Part shown: piece after piece, positions 48,166 through 57,608 of the stretch
Numbering within the stretch: the stretch's first letter is position 1
Layout: every line of letters begins with the position of its first letter
NCBI GenBank assembly: GCA_038883795.1
Contig: JAVZLK010000001.1
Coordinates: 192,001 to 256,000, forward strand
Direction of reading: 5' to 3'
Length of the DNA: 64,000 nucleotides
Source: Candidatus Bathyarchaeia archaeon
Lineage (GTDB): Archaea; Thermoproteota; Bathyarchaeia; Bathyarchaeales; Bathycorpusculaceae
Made by a program: the position numbers and the translations under genes
The notes under the pieces: model-generated
Database searches by the model: none
What the model saw: only the letters and a program-made list of their open reading frames with translations
What the model was told of the DNA's origin: nothing

Positions 48166-48954
48166 ATGGCGTTTAAAAAACCGGAGTGGCCTGAAGTCGG
48201 CGATTTAGTTATAGCTACTGTACAGTCTGTTGCCGATTATGGCGCATATGTAAATTTGGATGAATATAATAAGAAGGGTTTGCTTCATGTTTCTGAAGTG
48301 GCTTCTTCTTGGATTCGAAACATCCGAGATTTTGTTCGTGAAGGGCAAAAAGTGGTTTTAAAAGTTTTGAGGGTGGACCCCGAAAAGGGACACATTGATT
48401 TATCTCTTAGGAGGGTTACAAAGCGAGAGAAAATTGAGAAAATTATGTCTTGGAAAAGGGAGAGAAAAGCTGAAACCTTACTGCGTAATGTTGCTGAAAA
48501 AGCTGGCATATCCTTAGAAGAAGCTTATGAAAAAGCTGGGGCACTCATGGAAAAGGAGTATGGTTTGTATGAGGGTTTTGAGAAAGTTGTCAAAGAAGGC
48601 GTCGGAGTTTTAACAAAGATAGGTGTTCCTGAGGACTTGGCAACGGTTATTGCCGAGATTGCGAAGGAAAGAATGCGTGTGCCCATGGTTAAGGTGAAGG
48701 GCTTGGTGGAGCTGCGTTGTATAAAACCCAACGGTGTCAACATTATCAAGGAAGCCTTTTTAAATGCTAAAAAAGCCGAAAGGTCACGGGATGCCAAGGT
48801 CCGTTTTTATGTAGTCGCAGCGCCGAAATATTGTGTTGAAGTTATGGCTGAAAATTATAAGCGTGCAGAGGCAGTTTTGCAGAAAATTGCTGAAAGTGTT
48901 GTGGCAAACGTTGTTAAGGAAGGCGGACAAGGCAGCTTTAGAAGGGAAAAGTGA
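48166..48954 (+). CDS. eif2a: Translation initiation factor aIF2 alpha
   Basis: S1 domain GLLHVSEVAS.WIRNIRD, KGHIDLSLRRV and AP.Y. Confidence 0.97.
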   Translation: MAFKKPEWPEVGDLVIATVQSVADYGAYVNLDEYNKKGLLHVSEVASSWIRNIRDFVREGQKVVLKVLRVDPEKGHIDLSLRRVTKREKIEKIMSWKRERKAETLLRNVAEKAGISLEEAYEKAGALMEKEYGLYEGFEKVVKEGVGVLTKIGVPEDLATVIAEIAKERMRVPMVKVKGLVELRCIKPNGVNIIKEAFLNAKKAERSRDAKVRFYVVAAPKYCVEVMAENYKRAEAVLQKIAESVVANVVKEGGQGSFRREK

Positions 48955-49139
48955 TGGTTTGGCTTTTGAGGAAATGTGAAAAATGTGGAAGATACACGTT
49001 AAAAAAAGATTCGTGTCCCTATTGTGGTGGAAAGGTTCAGGTACCTCATCCACCGAAGTTTTCACCTGATGATAAATATCTTGTTTATAGGACGGCTTTA
49101 AAAAGGAGGGAAAAAGCTGTTGAAGGAGACGTTCATTAA
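48951..49139 (+). CDS. nop10: H/ACA RNP protein Nop10
   Basis: C..C.RYTLK..CP.CG and HPPKFSPDDKY..YR. Confidence 0.96.
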   Translation: MMVWLLRKCEKCGRYTLKKDSCPYCGGKVQVPHPPKFSPDDKYLVYRTALKRREKAVEGDVH

Positions 49140-49893
49140 GGAACTTGTAAAAGTTGATTTAAACAACCCGGTATTAATCGAGGGGCTTCCAGGCTTGGGG
49201 CTTGTTGGCAAAATTGCCACACGTTATTTAGTTAAAGGGTTGAAGGCTGAAAGGTTCGCTTATCTTTATTCTCCCCATTTTCCATATTTTGTGCTTGTCA
49301 GTAAGAAGGGAAGCGTTAGGCTTTTGCGTGGAACCTTTTACTATTGGAAAAACACAAACGGAAAAAGCGACATTATTTTCTTCACTGGTGATAGCCAAGC
49401 GCAAACGATTGAAGGGCAGTATGAAATTTCTAATAGCATATTGGATTTTGCCATGAAATACAACGTAAAATTGATTGTTACTATTGGGGGTTACCGAATG
49501 GAGGCTAAGGAAAAGCCAAAAGTTGTGACTGCAGCCACAAACATGGGGCTTCTAAATGCTGCCCTAAAAGCTGGTGCTGTTGTTAGTCCTATTGGAAGCC
49601 CTATTGTTGGGACTGCTGGCTTAATCTTGGGTTTAGCCCGTTTCAAAAAAATTGATGCTCTTTGCCTTTTAGGTGAGACCCGTGGATATCTGCCAGATCC
49701 GAAGGCAGCTAAGAGTGTTTTGGAAGTGTTAAAAGTGCTATTAGGCATCGATGTGGATTTAGCGGGTTTGGATGAGGAGATCGCAAAGGCGGAAAGTATG
49801 GTTACGCGGTTGCAGAAAATTGAGGAAAAACGTGTTTTGCAAGCTGAAGAATTAAGGAAGGAGGAAGATAAGAAAATCACTTATATTTCCTAA
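49120..49893 (+). CDS. PAC2-family proteasome assembly chaperone (Nop10-linked)
   Basis: EGLPGLGLVGK and GETRGYLPDPKAA; ends TYIS. Confidence 0.92.
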   Translation: MKETFIKELVKVDLNNPVLIEGLPGLGLVGKIATRYLVKGLKAERFAYLYSPHFPYFVLVSKKGSVRLLRGTFYYWKNTNGKSDIIFFTGDSQAQTIEGQYEISNSILDFAMKYNVKLIVTIGGYRMEAKEKPKVVTAATNMGLLNAALKAGAVVSPIGSPIVGTAGLILGLARFKKIDALCLLGETRGYLPDPKAAKSVLEVLKVLLGIDVDLAGLDEEIAKAESMVTRLQKIEEKRVLQAEELRKEEDKKITYIS

Positions 49894-49897
49894 GGCA

Positions 49898-50989
49898 TTA
49901 AAGGGCTAACTCATTTCGGATTATTTCAACAATTTTTTCTGCTGCTTTTCCATCTCCATAAGGCGATTTTTCTGGCAATTCTTTTCTATTATCCAAAACT
50001 TTATTGATAGCTTTTATTATCCCATGCTTTTCCACACCAGCAACTTCCGCAAAACCAGCTTCCACTGCTTCCGGTCTTTCTGTGGATAGGCGAGTAATCA
50101 AAACTGGTTTTCTAATGCATGGGGCTGTTGCTTCTTCTTGTATTCCGCCCGAATCCGTTACTATGATTTCGCATTTTTTCATTAAGACTAGGAAGTCTAA
50201 ATAGCCCAGCGGTGGCAAAAGTTGTACATTTCTTGAGTTTTTGATTTTGGCATAGATTTTGTTTTGTCTTGTTCTCTTTTTTGTTCTGGGGTGTATTGGA
50301 TAAACGACTGGTAATGGGGCTTCGGCGAAGGCTTCCATGAAATTTTTAAGAACTGCAAAGTTGTCTACGTTTTCTGCTCTGTGGGCTGTGGCTAAAATGA
50401 ATTTTTCAAAGCGAACAATATCCAAAATTTTTGATTTCTTTTCCGCTATTGGCAAATTTTGGATTACGGCGTCTATCACCGTGTTTCCCGTTACATAGAT
50501 TTTCCCCCAAACGCTTTCTCTTTTCAAGTTGTTTTCTGCTGTTTTTGTTGGTGCAAATAAATAGGTGGATATGTGGTCTGTTAGGCGTCGGTTGTGTTCT
50601 TCTGGCATTCGCAAATCGAAACTTCTTAGTCCAGCCTCAACATGCCCCACGGGTATTCCAAGTTTAACAGTCGCCAAAGCGGTTGCTAAAACTCCATTTG
50701 TGTCTCCTTCCACCAAGACAAGGGATGGCGAATTTTTCTTTAACAATTTCTCAATGTGTGTTATTATGACGGCTGTTTGAAGTCCTTGGGAATATGCTCT
50801 AACCTTATATTCATAGTCTGGTTTTGGGAGTTCAAGTTCTTCGATGAATTGTTGGGACATGTTATAACTGTAGTGTTGACCGCAATGGACAAACGTTAGC
50901 GGAATGCCGCTTTTTTGTAAGACTCTAATTATGGGTGCCATCTTTATGATTTCTGGGCGGGTGCCGACAACGACGGTCACTGTTTTCAT
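49898..50989 (-). CDS. wecB: UDP-N-acetylglucosamine 2-epimerase (non-hydrolysing)
   Basis: GTRPEIIKMAP, HVEAGLRS, TDSGGIQEEA and TERPE. Confidence 0.96.
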   Translation of the reverse strand: MKTVTVVVGTRPEIIKMAPIIRVLQKSGIPLTFVHCGQHYSYNMSQQFIEELELPKPDYEYKVRAYSQGLQTAVIITHIEKLLKKNSPSLVLVEGDTNGVLATALATVKLGIPVGHVEAGLRSFDLRMPEEHNRRLTDHISTYLFAPTKTAENNLKRESVWGKIYVTGNTVIDAVIQNLPIAEKKSKILDIVRFEKFILATAHRAENVDNFAVLKNFMEAFAEAPLPVVYPIHPRTKKRTRQNKIYAKIKNSRNVQLLPPLGYLDFLVLMKKCEIIVTDSGGIQEEATAPCIRKPVLITRLSTERPEAVEAGFAEVAGVEKHGIIKAINKVLDNRKELPEKSPYGDGKAAEKIVEIIRNELAL

Positions 50990-51212
50990 TTGTTTTCACG
51001 ATTGCCATTTTAATATGGTACAAGTTTTAACGTTTATTCAAAAATCAAAACTGACCATTAAAACTTAATTCCAATATTTTCAGAAAGTTCAAAGTTTTAA
51101 TCAACCCTTTAAATAATAATCTTTAGATTGCGTTAGTTTCTGTGACATACAAAGCGTCTTACTTTTCCTCTTCAATTATTGTTGTAACAAAATCTATTTG
51201 GTGATAAAGTAT

Positions 51213-51773
51213 ATGCACCTATTAAAGAATGAAAAGGGATTAAGCGTAGTAGTTACGACATTGATAATTCTTGTGGTCTCGGTTCTGCTGGCAACCATTG
51301 TAACTTTTTACGCCATAAACGTAGTAACAACAAGGGTGCAGGAAGAATCATTACACCTTAGTAAACAGCACGTTTGGTATAATACCACTGGTTCATGGGC
51401 TCAAGCAGCTATAGTAATCGTAAACACGGGCGGAAGAGACGTAGTTATCGACAAAATCTCAGTTCGAGGGCAAGAATGTCCATGGAATAATGTTTATTAT
51501 TGGAGAACAAACAACGTGACAGTTTCAAATGACTTGGAGGTAACTTCAACTAATATTACCGGTTTGACTTTTGACATTATGGTGCAGGGTGAAATGCGCA
51601 CTTTTCGGCAAGCTGATGACGATTTGACTTTGAGGTCCGGCTGGACTATAGTTATTTACATTATGAGCCCTGATAGCATATCGGCTAATGATGTTGGCCA
51701 GACTGTGGGCATAACAGTGTTCACTTCAAATGCACAGTATTACAAAGAAGCTAATATTGAAGCAGCGGAATAG
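51213..51773 (+). CDS. Type IV pilin/archaellin-like protein
   Basis: Class III signal peptide KNEKG|LSVVVTTLIILVVSVLLA and NTGGRD; several N-x-S/T sequons. Confidence 0.85.
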   Translation: MHLLKNEKGLSVVVTTLIILVVSVLLATIVTFYAINVVTTRVQEESLHLSKQHVWYNTTGSWAQAAIVIVNTGGRDVVIDKISVRGQECPWNNVYYWRTNNVTVSNDLEVTSTNITGLTFDIMVQGEMRTFRQADDDLTLRSGWTIVIYIMSPDSISANDVGQTVGITVFTSNAQYYKEANIEAAE

Positions 51774-51803
51774 GCAACATTTTTTTCTGTTCACTTTGCA
51801 GCG

Positions 51804-53840
51804 TTAAGTCTTTTTTAGGTAGCCTTCTCTTGGTTCGTATATAGTTCCTTCTCTTAATAGTTGTCCTAAAAGGCGTTCTGCTTCATTTCTTGAAATTTTG
51901 TATTTAGTCTCCAACTCACCCAGAAGCGCTGCTTTTTCTACTATTCCCGTTTCTTTTTCCATTTCAAGCATTGTTGATAGGATTATTTGAAGTTTGTCTC
52001 TTACGCTTTTTGGTTTTCCAGTCATTATGAGGTCTATGTCATACTTGTAGGAGGACAGGTCTATACCAACTTCTTCGAGGGACCGTTTCATAATGTTGAT
52101 GGCTGCTTCTGCATCTTCGGCTAAAACTTCTTTTCTTAAGGCTGCTCTGGCTCTTGCTTCAGCTATGCGCACAAGGGACTCTAGTTGCCGTGCTGTTATC
52201 GCTACTGGAGAGCCTTCTGTTTCGCTTGCTGAGCGCATGGCTAAGTAGAAGTCGTTTAGGCGTTTTAGGGCTTCTTGAGTCAAAACGGGCTTAATCCCTT
52301 TAGCATAGCTTATGTATTTTCGTAATAATTCCAAGGGTATTGGCGGTTCTACGGGAGTTAAACCCTTTCGATGAATTTCAAGGATGTGTTCCGACATTTT
52401 GCTGTCTACCTCTTTGTTTGGCACATCCCTCAAAATGAAGATTAGGTCAAACCTTGAAAGAATAGTGACTGGCAAGGAAATGTTTTCAGCAATGGTGCGG
52501 TGGGGTTCGTATCTTCCCAAGGCTGGGTTGGCTGCTGCGAGGATGGCTGTCCTTGCGTTTAGGGTTGCGACAATTCCTCCTTTTGCAACAGAAACCGTAT
52601 GCTGTTCCATGGCTTCATGGATGGCAACCCTGTCTTCTGGGCGCATTTTATCAATCTCGTCAATGCATGCTATTCCTTTATCAGCTAATACTAGGGCGCC
52701 AGCCTCCAGGCTCATTCCGCCGCCTCTTTCGCGGATGACTGCTGCTGTTAAGCCGGCGGCGGTTGTGCCGCGTCCAGAGGTGTAAAGTCCGCGGGGTGCT
52801 ATTCTGGCCACGTATTGCAATAGCTGAGATTTTGCTGTTCCCGGGTCTCCTACCAAAAGAGTATTTAGCTCTCCCCTAATTGTTATGTCTGGGAGGGTTT
52901 TGGGTACACCTCCGAAGAGGAGGTACATTATGGCTTCTTTTATGTGGTCGTATCCATATATTGATGGTGCTATTGAGTTGATTATTTTGCGGTGTATCCA
53001 TGGGTCTTTTGCCAATTCAAGAATTTTTTCTTCGTCTTCTGGTGATGGGAGAGCGATTTCCGGCTCTTTTCCCAAAACTTCAATCGAGTTGGCATCTAAA
53101 TGTAAAATGAAGGTGCGGAGTTTTCCAACCCGTGGAAGTGTTGGCGAAACAGCGCGGACTATTCCAACTATTGAGACGTGGTCGCCTGGTCTTGCCACAT
53201 CAACTATTTCTCCTCCAACAAGCTTAACATGCAATGTTCTGGGTAACTGTCCCGGCGGCAAATCTTCTGGTCTTTCTTGTAGGCGCAAGTCTTGGGAGTC
53301 TATGAAGGTGGATTCTTCTTGGATGAAATCGAAGGGTCCTTTTGCTCTGCAAGATGGGTTGGCGCAGGCGAAGGGTGCTTTGAGAAATTGTCCTGTTTGG
53401 TTCACTGGGGTTATTTCGCCGCATCGTTTGCATTTAAATGCTGCTTGCATGACCATGGGGCGAACGGGTGTTGAGCGGACAACTATGCCCTCCACCATTA
53501 CAAGTTTTCCAATATGGATTGAGCCAAGTTTTCGTAATGGTGTTGCTTCCCAAAGCCTAACAATTCTCACGTTTACTGTGTCTATTTTTTCTGCATATTC
53601 TGGGTCTTCGCTTTGAAGTTGTGCATAAGCAGCATTGTTGGCGTGGTTTAGGAATTCGTCTGGTTTTTCTAAGAGTCCTTCAGCAAGCTTTTGTTCGAAA
53701 GCCCAAATATCCTCAAAATCAACAATTAAAGAAGTTTTCCCGGCGACTGCCATTTGCGAAATTCTTTGGCGATATTTTTCCGCTTTAAAAAAATCTTGAA
53801 AGAGCGCTTGAGGGTCTAAAGTTTCCAGTTTCTCCGTCAT
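51804..53840 (-). CDS. mcm: Replicative helicase MCM
   Basis: GDPGTAKSQ, IDEIDKM and SRFD arginine finger. No intein. Confidence 0.98.
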   Translation of the reverse strand: MTEKLETLDPQALFQDFFKAEKYRQRISQMAVAGKTSLIVDFEDIWAFEQKLAEGLLEKPDEFLNHANNAAYAQLQSEDPEYAEKIDTVNVRIVRLWEATPLRKLGSIHIGKLVMVEGIVVRSTPVRPMVMQAAFKCKRCGEITPVNQTGQFLKAPFACANPSCRAKGPFDFIQEESTFIDSQDLRLQERPEDLPPGQLPRTLHVKLVGGEIVDVARPGDHVSIVGIVRAVSPTLPRVGKLRTFILHLDANSIEVLGKEPEIALPSPEDEEKILELAKDPWIHRKIINSIAPSIYGYDHIKEAIMYLLFGGVPKTLPDITIRGELNTLLVGDPGTAKSQLLQYVARIAPRGLYTSGRGTTAAGLTAAVIRERGGGMSLEAGALVLADKGIACIDEIDKMRPEDRVAIHEAMEQHTVSVAKGGIVATLNARTAILAAANPALGRYEPHRTIAENISLPVTILSRFDLIFILRDVPNKEVDSKMSEHILEIHRKGLTPVEPPIPLELLRKYISYAKGIKPVLTQEALKRLNDFYLAMRSASETEGSPVAITARQLESLVRIAEARARAALRKEVLAEDAEAAINIMKRSLEEVGIDLSSYKYDIDLIMTGKPKSVRDKLQIILSTMLEMEKETGIVEKAALLGELETKYKISRNEAERLLGQLLREGTIYEPREGYLKKT

Positions 53841-54406
53841 TCTCTCACTTTCTCATAATTCATTATTTGTTTTCTCCATTTTTGAATAAGACTGTAAAGT
53901 TGGTCATAGAGAATTCTCTCTTCAACGGTCAAGTTTTTTAATGTTTGTTCAACTTGAGCTGGAGCCGAGGCAAGGGAAACTATTTTCTTCAACCTTGCAT
54001 TTAACACGTCCTGGGTTAAATGTTTAATTTTTTCGTATTCCCGTATCTTTTCCGGATTTTTCGAGGCTTCCTCCTTAAGTTCGGTGAGGTATCTGCGAAG
54101 TTTTGGGTAAAAGTTTTCTGGCAGTTTTGGTATTTGTCCGGCCGTTTGCACTCTTTCAGTCCACTGAATTTTGTAAAGTTTTGTGGCGTCTAAACGCTCA
54201 TCTTCTCTAAACCGCGCTATCCCAGCTTTAACCAGCTCTTGAGCTATCCAAAATTGAACCTCATATTCATTTCCTTCCTCAAAGGGACCAACATTTAATC
54301 CTGCAAGCTTGATTTCGGGGCAGTTTCTGTTGGCAATAATTTTTGCTAGTGTATGTTCAAAGATGAAATCTAAATTTTTAATGTGTGTTGGTGTTGTTTT
54401 TGGCAT
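53837..54406 (-). CDS. GINS subunit Gins23
   Basis: N-terminal B domain (GPF..G....V.FW.A..L) followed by the helical domain (LPENFY, RLKKI, NLTVEE); overlaps the mcm start. Confidence 0.88.
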   Translation of the reverse strand: MPKTTPTHIKNLDFIFEHTLAKIIANRNCPEIKLAGLNVGPFEEGNEYEVQFWIAQELVKAGIARFREDERLDATKLYKIQWTERVQTAGQIPKLPENFYPKLRRYLTELKEEASKNPEKIREYEKIKHLTQDVLNARLKKIVSLASAPAQVEQTLKNLTVEERILYDQLYSLIQKWRKQIMNYEKVRE

Positions 54407-54526
54407 CCTTTCGTCCCCCTCTTGAGACTTTAAACTTTTCTAACCTAAAGTGGATATAAGGGCGATAGTTTAAAAACTTAGATTAAAAAGTTTAAGAAAA
54501 TTCCAAAAGTTGATGCCAAAATTTTG

Positions 54527-55774
54527 TTAAGGCCACAAACCCAACGTTTTTATTGCTTCAGCTACTCTTCCAACTCCAAGCATTAGGGCTGCTGTTCGCA
54601 TGTCGCACTTTTCCTTTTTCATTAAATTGTAAACGTCGTTGAAAGCTCTAACCATCTTATTTTCCAGTTTTCGATTCACTTCTTCTAATGTCCAGTGTTC
54701 GCGTGTTAGGTTTTGAACCCATTCATAATAGCTTGCTGTTACGCCGCCCGAGTTAGCCAATATGTCTGGAACAAGCATTATTCCTTTCTCGTTAAGAATT
54801 TTGTCTGCTTCTGGGGTTGTTGGGCCGTTGGCGCCTTCCGCCACAATTTTTGCGCTTATCTTGTCCGCATTGGCTTTTGTTATCTGGTTTTCCAAGGCAG
54901 CTGGTATAAGTATGTCGCATTCTGTTTCAAGAAGCTCCTCGTTTGTTATGTTTTTGCATCCCTTATAGTTGATCACGGAGCCTGTTTTTGATTTATGTTC
55001 ATAAACATAATAGGGGTTCAATCCTTCTTTGCAATAAATCCCTCCTACGGAATCGCTTACTGCCACAACTTTACAACCCATGTCATAAGCTATTTTAGCA
55101 GCATTCCACCCAACATTCCCGTAACCTTGAACAGCAACGGTTGCTCCTTTAAACTTTAAACCTGCAACCTTTGCGGCTTCCCTTGCACAAACAACCACGC
55201 CTAAGGATGTGGCTTCGGCTCTTCCTTCTGAACCGCCTACGCTTATTGGTTTTCCAGTGACGCATTCTGGGACGCTGTAGCCTTTGAATTGGCTGTAGGT
55301 GTCCATTATCCAAGCCATGGTTTGAGCATCTGTATATACGTCTGGTGCTGGCACGTCGCGGTATGGTCCGATAACGTCTAATATTAGGCTTGTGTAGCGT
55401 CTTGTGAGGCGTTCAATCTCGCTTATACTCATTTTTTTAGGGTTGCAGCATACTCCGCCTTTTGCACCTCCATAGGGTATGTCCACAACAGCACATTTCC
55501 AAGTCATCCACATCGCCAAAGCAGTAACTTCATCTAATGTGACGTTTGGGTGGTAGCGTATTCCGCCCTTGAATGGTCCCCTTGCATCGTTATGTTGAAC
55601 GCGGCAACCAGTGAAAGTACCAATTTCTCCGTTATCCATCTTTATTGTAACGGAAACGATGAGCGACCGTTTGGGATGTTTTAACATTTCATGGATCCCA
55701 GGGTCAAGATTTAATTTTTCAGCAGCTATCCTCAACTGTTCTAATGCCGTGTCTAAGGCTGACTGTTCCTTCAT
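54527..55774 (-). CDS. gdhA: Glutamate dehydrogenase (GDH1, standard length)
   Basis: KGGIRYH, MTWKCA, GGAKGG, DVPAPD, GYGNVG and EGANGPT. Confidence 0.96.
   Translation of the reverse strand: MKEQSALDTALEQLRIAAEKLNLDPGIHEMLKHPKRSLIVSVTIKMDNGEIGTFTGCRVQHNDARGPFKGGIRYHPNVTLDEVTALAMWMTWKCAVVDIPYGGAKGGVCCNPKKMSISEIERLTRRYTSLILDVIGPYRDVPAPDVYTDAQTMAWIMDTYSQFKGYSVPECVTGKPISVGGSEGRAEATSLGVVVCAREAAKVAGLKFKGATVAVQGYGNVGWNAAKIAYDMGCKVVAVSDSVGGIYCKEGLNPYYVYEHKSKTGSVINYKGCKNITNEELLETECDILIPAALENQITKANADKISAKIVAEGANGPTTPEADKILNEKGIMLVPDILANSGGVTASYYEWVQNLTREHWTLEEVNRKLENKMVRAFNDVYNLMKKEKCDMRTAALMLGVGRVAEAIKTLGLWP
54803..54886 (-). repeat. 84-bp tract shared with gdh2 (inverted repeat, copy 1)
   Basis: The reverse complement matches 59895-59978 at 82 of 84 nt. 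Confidence 0.92.
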
Positions 55775-55812
55775 AAAAACCACTCTTCTTTTCACTTATT
55801 GTTTGAAGCGTA

Positions 55813-55826
55813 TTTTAAACTTTTAA
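55813..55826 (-). promoter_or_regulatory. BRE/TATA promoter of gdh1
   Basis: TTAAAAG-TTTAAAA on the minus strand about 40 nt upstream of ATG 55774. No TGTACA box in this intergenic region. Confidence 0.55.
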
Positions 55827-55860
55827 GTGTGAGGAGTTTGGCTTGGGGCTTGTAAAATTT

Positions 55861-55875
55861 AGAAAAAGAGAGAGG
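55861..55875 (-). terminator. Pyrimidine-rich terminator after the glutamate synthase-domain gene
   Basis: CCTCTCTCTTTTTCT on the minus strand right after the stop codon. Confidence 0.5.
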
Positions 55876-55878
55876 ATG

Positions 55879-57486
55879 TTAGTCTAGGATTTTTTCGATT
55901 GCGTCTTTTTCTGCTTCGTGAGGCATTGGTATACCAGTAACTTTTGCGGCTGTTTCGCTTAAGCTCATCAAATCATTTCTGTTGATGAGCTCCAGTTTCC
56001 ATTTTCTGTTGCCTGCAAGAAGTTGTTTTAGTCCGACGCCTATGCGGTCTGTTAGGTATGTGTATAAGGCTACGGCTTCCCATGGTATCTCTTTGAAGCG
56101 TTCTCCATATTTTGCTTGCAATTCTGGAGCTGCGATGAAGAATTTTTCTGGGGTGTTGCCGTATCTGTCTGCGAAGGCTTTTGGCAGTTTGCCCTCTTGG
56201 GCTAGTTGTTTGAAGTAGCTTGCTTTCATAACAGCTGTTAATGGTGAGCGTCCCATCAAAACTGCTTTTACAAAGGGGCCGTCTCCAAAGTTGCTCATGG
56301 CTATTGCTTTGAAAATTTGGGTTTCGTTTATGAAGCCCCCAGCCATTATCAAATCCGGCACATATCGCCCCTTTTTCTTCAATATTTGGGCGCATCTAAG
56401 AACTATGGCTTCTAGGTAAACTGTTGGGATGCTCATTTCATCCATCATTGGAACTGGACTCATACCAGTTCCGCCCCCTGCTCCGTCAAAGTATACTGCG
56501 TCGATTTTTGCTTCCGAAGCTATTTTTAATGTGTATGCAACTGCTGAGGGTCTGTATGCGCCAGTTTTTAATGTGACGTGTTTTGCTCCTTGTTTGCGGA
56601 GCCATTCTATGTCTTCTATCATGTTCCTTTCTTTTGGTATGCCAACTCTGCTGTGCCTTTCGAAGGATTTGAAGACGCCTTCTTTGAAGGCTTGCTGGAC
56701 TGTGGGGTCTTCTGGGTCTGGAATTACTATGTAGCCTCTTTTCTTCAGCATTATGGCTTTCTCTAAGTCTCTAACGCGGACTTCGCCTCCAATGGCTTTT
56801 GCGCCTTGTCCCCATTTTCTTTCTATTATGTTTACTTCCAATTTTGATATGGCATACACATCAACGCCTAGTCTTTGGTCTTCAACATTTGTTTGTACGG
56901 CTATGTCACCGTATTTTCCGTCCCAGAACTTTCGGAACAAGTCTACTCTGCGTTTTAACTCTTTTGAGTATGTTACTTTGCCCTTTGTGATTTGGGCTTC
57001 TGGATCCATGCCGCAAACGTTTTCTCCTACAACTATTATGGCTCCTGAAAGGGCTGAGCCTATTGCTAAGTCTTCCCAGTTTAGTCTTGCAACGTCTGTT
57101 GAGCCAAATGCGCCATTGATTACTGGAACTTTGAGGGGTATTCCAGCAACTTTTGTTTCTATGCTAACATTTGGAAATAGAGCGACATCCGGGTTTTCCT
57201 CGATTCCTAAAGCTTCGAATAAGCCTGCTTGAATGTTAAAGTGGGACCAATCTAATCCAAAATCTTTGAGGGCTCCTGCAGTGCTGTATCCGAATTGGAC
57301 TGGTTCGGGGTATAGGGCTTCTCTTCCTCTGAAGGCTGATAAGCTTATTTCGCACATTATTGGGCAGTCGCGGATGCATATGGGGCACATTCCACTGGTT
57401 GGGCTTGTGTCTTTAACGCGGGTCATTGTCCCTGTTGTTGATTTTCCGTTTAAGTATGAACTATTTCTTTGAACACGTTCCGTCAT
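55879..57486 (-). CDS. FMN-binding glutamate synthase family protein (stand-alone GltB FMN domain)
   Basis: KWGQGAKAIGGE, LKTGAY, DGAGGGTGMSP, AGG and MGR; N-terminal cysteine cluster CPICIRDCPIMC. Confidence 0.93.
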   Translation of the reverse strand: MTERVQRNSSYLNGKSTTGTMTRVKDTSPTSGMCPICIRDCPIMCEISLSAFRGREALYPEPVQFGYSTAGALKDFGLDWSHFNIQAGLFEALGIEENPDVALFPNVSIETKVAGIPLKVPVINGAFGSTDVARLNWEDLAIGSALSGAIIVVGENVCGMDPEAQITKGKVTYSKELKRRVDLFRKFWDGKYGDIAVQTNVEDQRLGVDVYAISKLEVNIIERKWGQGAKAIGGEVRVRDLEKAIMLKKRGYIVIPDPEDPTVQQAFKEGVFKSFERHSRVGIPKERNMIEDIEWLRKQGAKHVTLKTGAYRPSAVAYTLKIASEAKIDAVYFDGAGGGTGMSPVPMMDEMSIPTVYLEAIVLRCAQILKKKGRYVPDLIMAGGFINETQIFKAIAMSNFGDGPFVKAVLMGRSPLTAVMKASYFKQLAQEGKLPKAFADRYGNTPEKFFIAAPELQAKYGERFKEIPWEAVALYTYLTDRIGVGLKQLLAGNRKWKLELINRNDLMSLSETAAKVTGIPMPHEAEKDAIEKILD

Positions 57487-57538
57487 TTTCAGTTCACCTT
57501 TACATTTGCAAACTTTTAGATATGATGGGTAATTTGCG

Positions 57539-57590
57539 TGCGCATTTAAACGTTACTTTAAAAGAATGCTGAATTGAACATTTGTGTACA
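57539..57590 (-). promoter_or_regulatory. Promoter of the glutamate synthase-domain gene with three TGTACA-like boxes
   Basis: TGTACA 57585-90, TGAACA 57575-80 (10-bp period) and TGCGCA 57539-44, which abuts TATA TTTAAA 57545-50. Confidence 0.7.
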
Positions 57591-57608
57591 AAGTCTAGAA
57601 CATAGCTT

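Noticed and set aside
52384-53616. Long antisense ORFs over mcm, and similar ones over porA, srp54, ppsA, the GOGAT-domain gene and rfcS
   Set aside because: Shadow frames of well-conserved genes, with no recognisable motifs.
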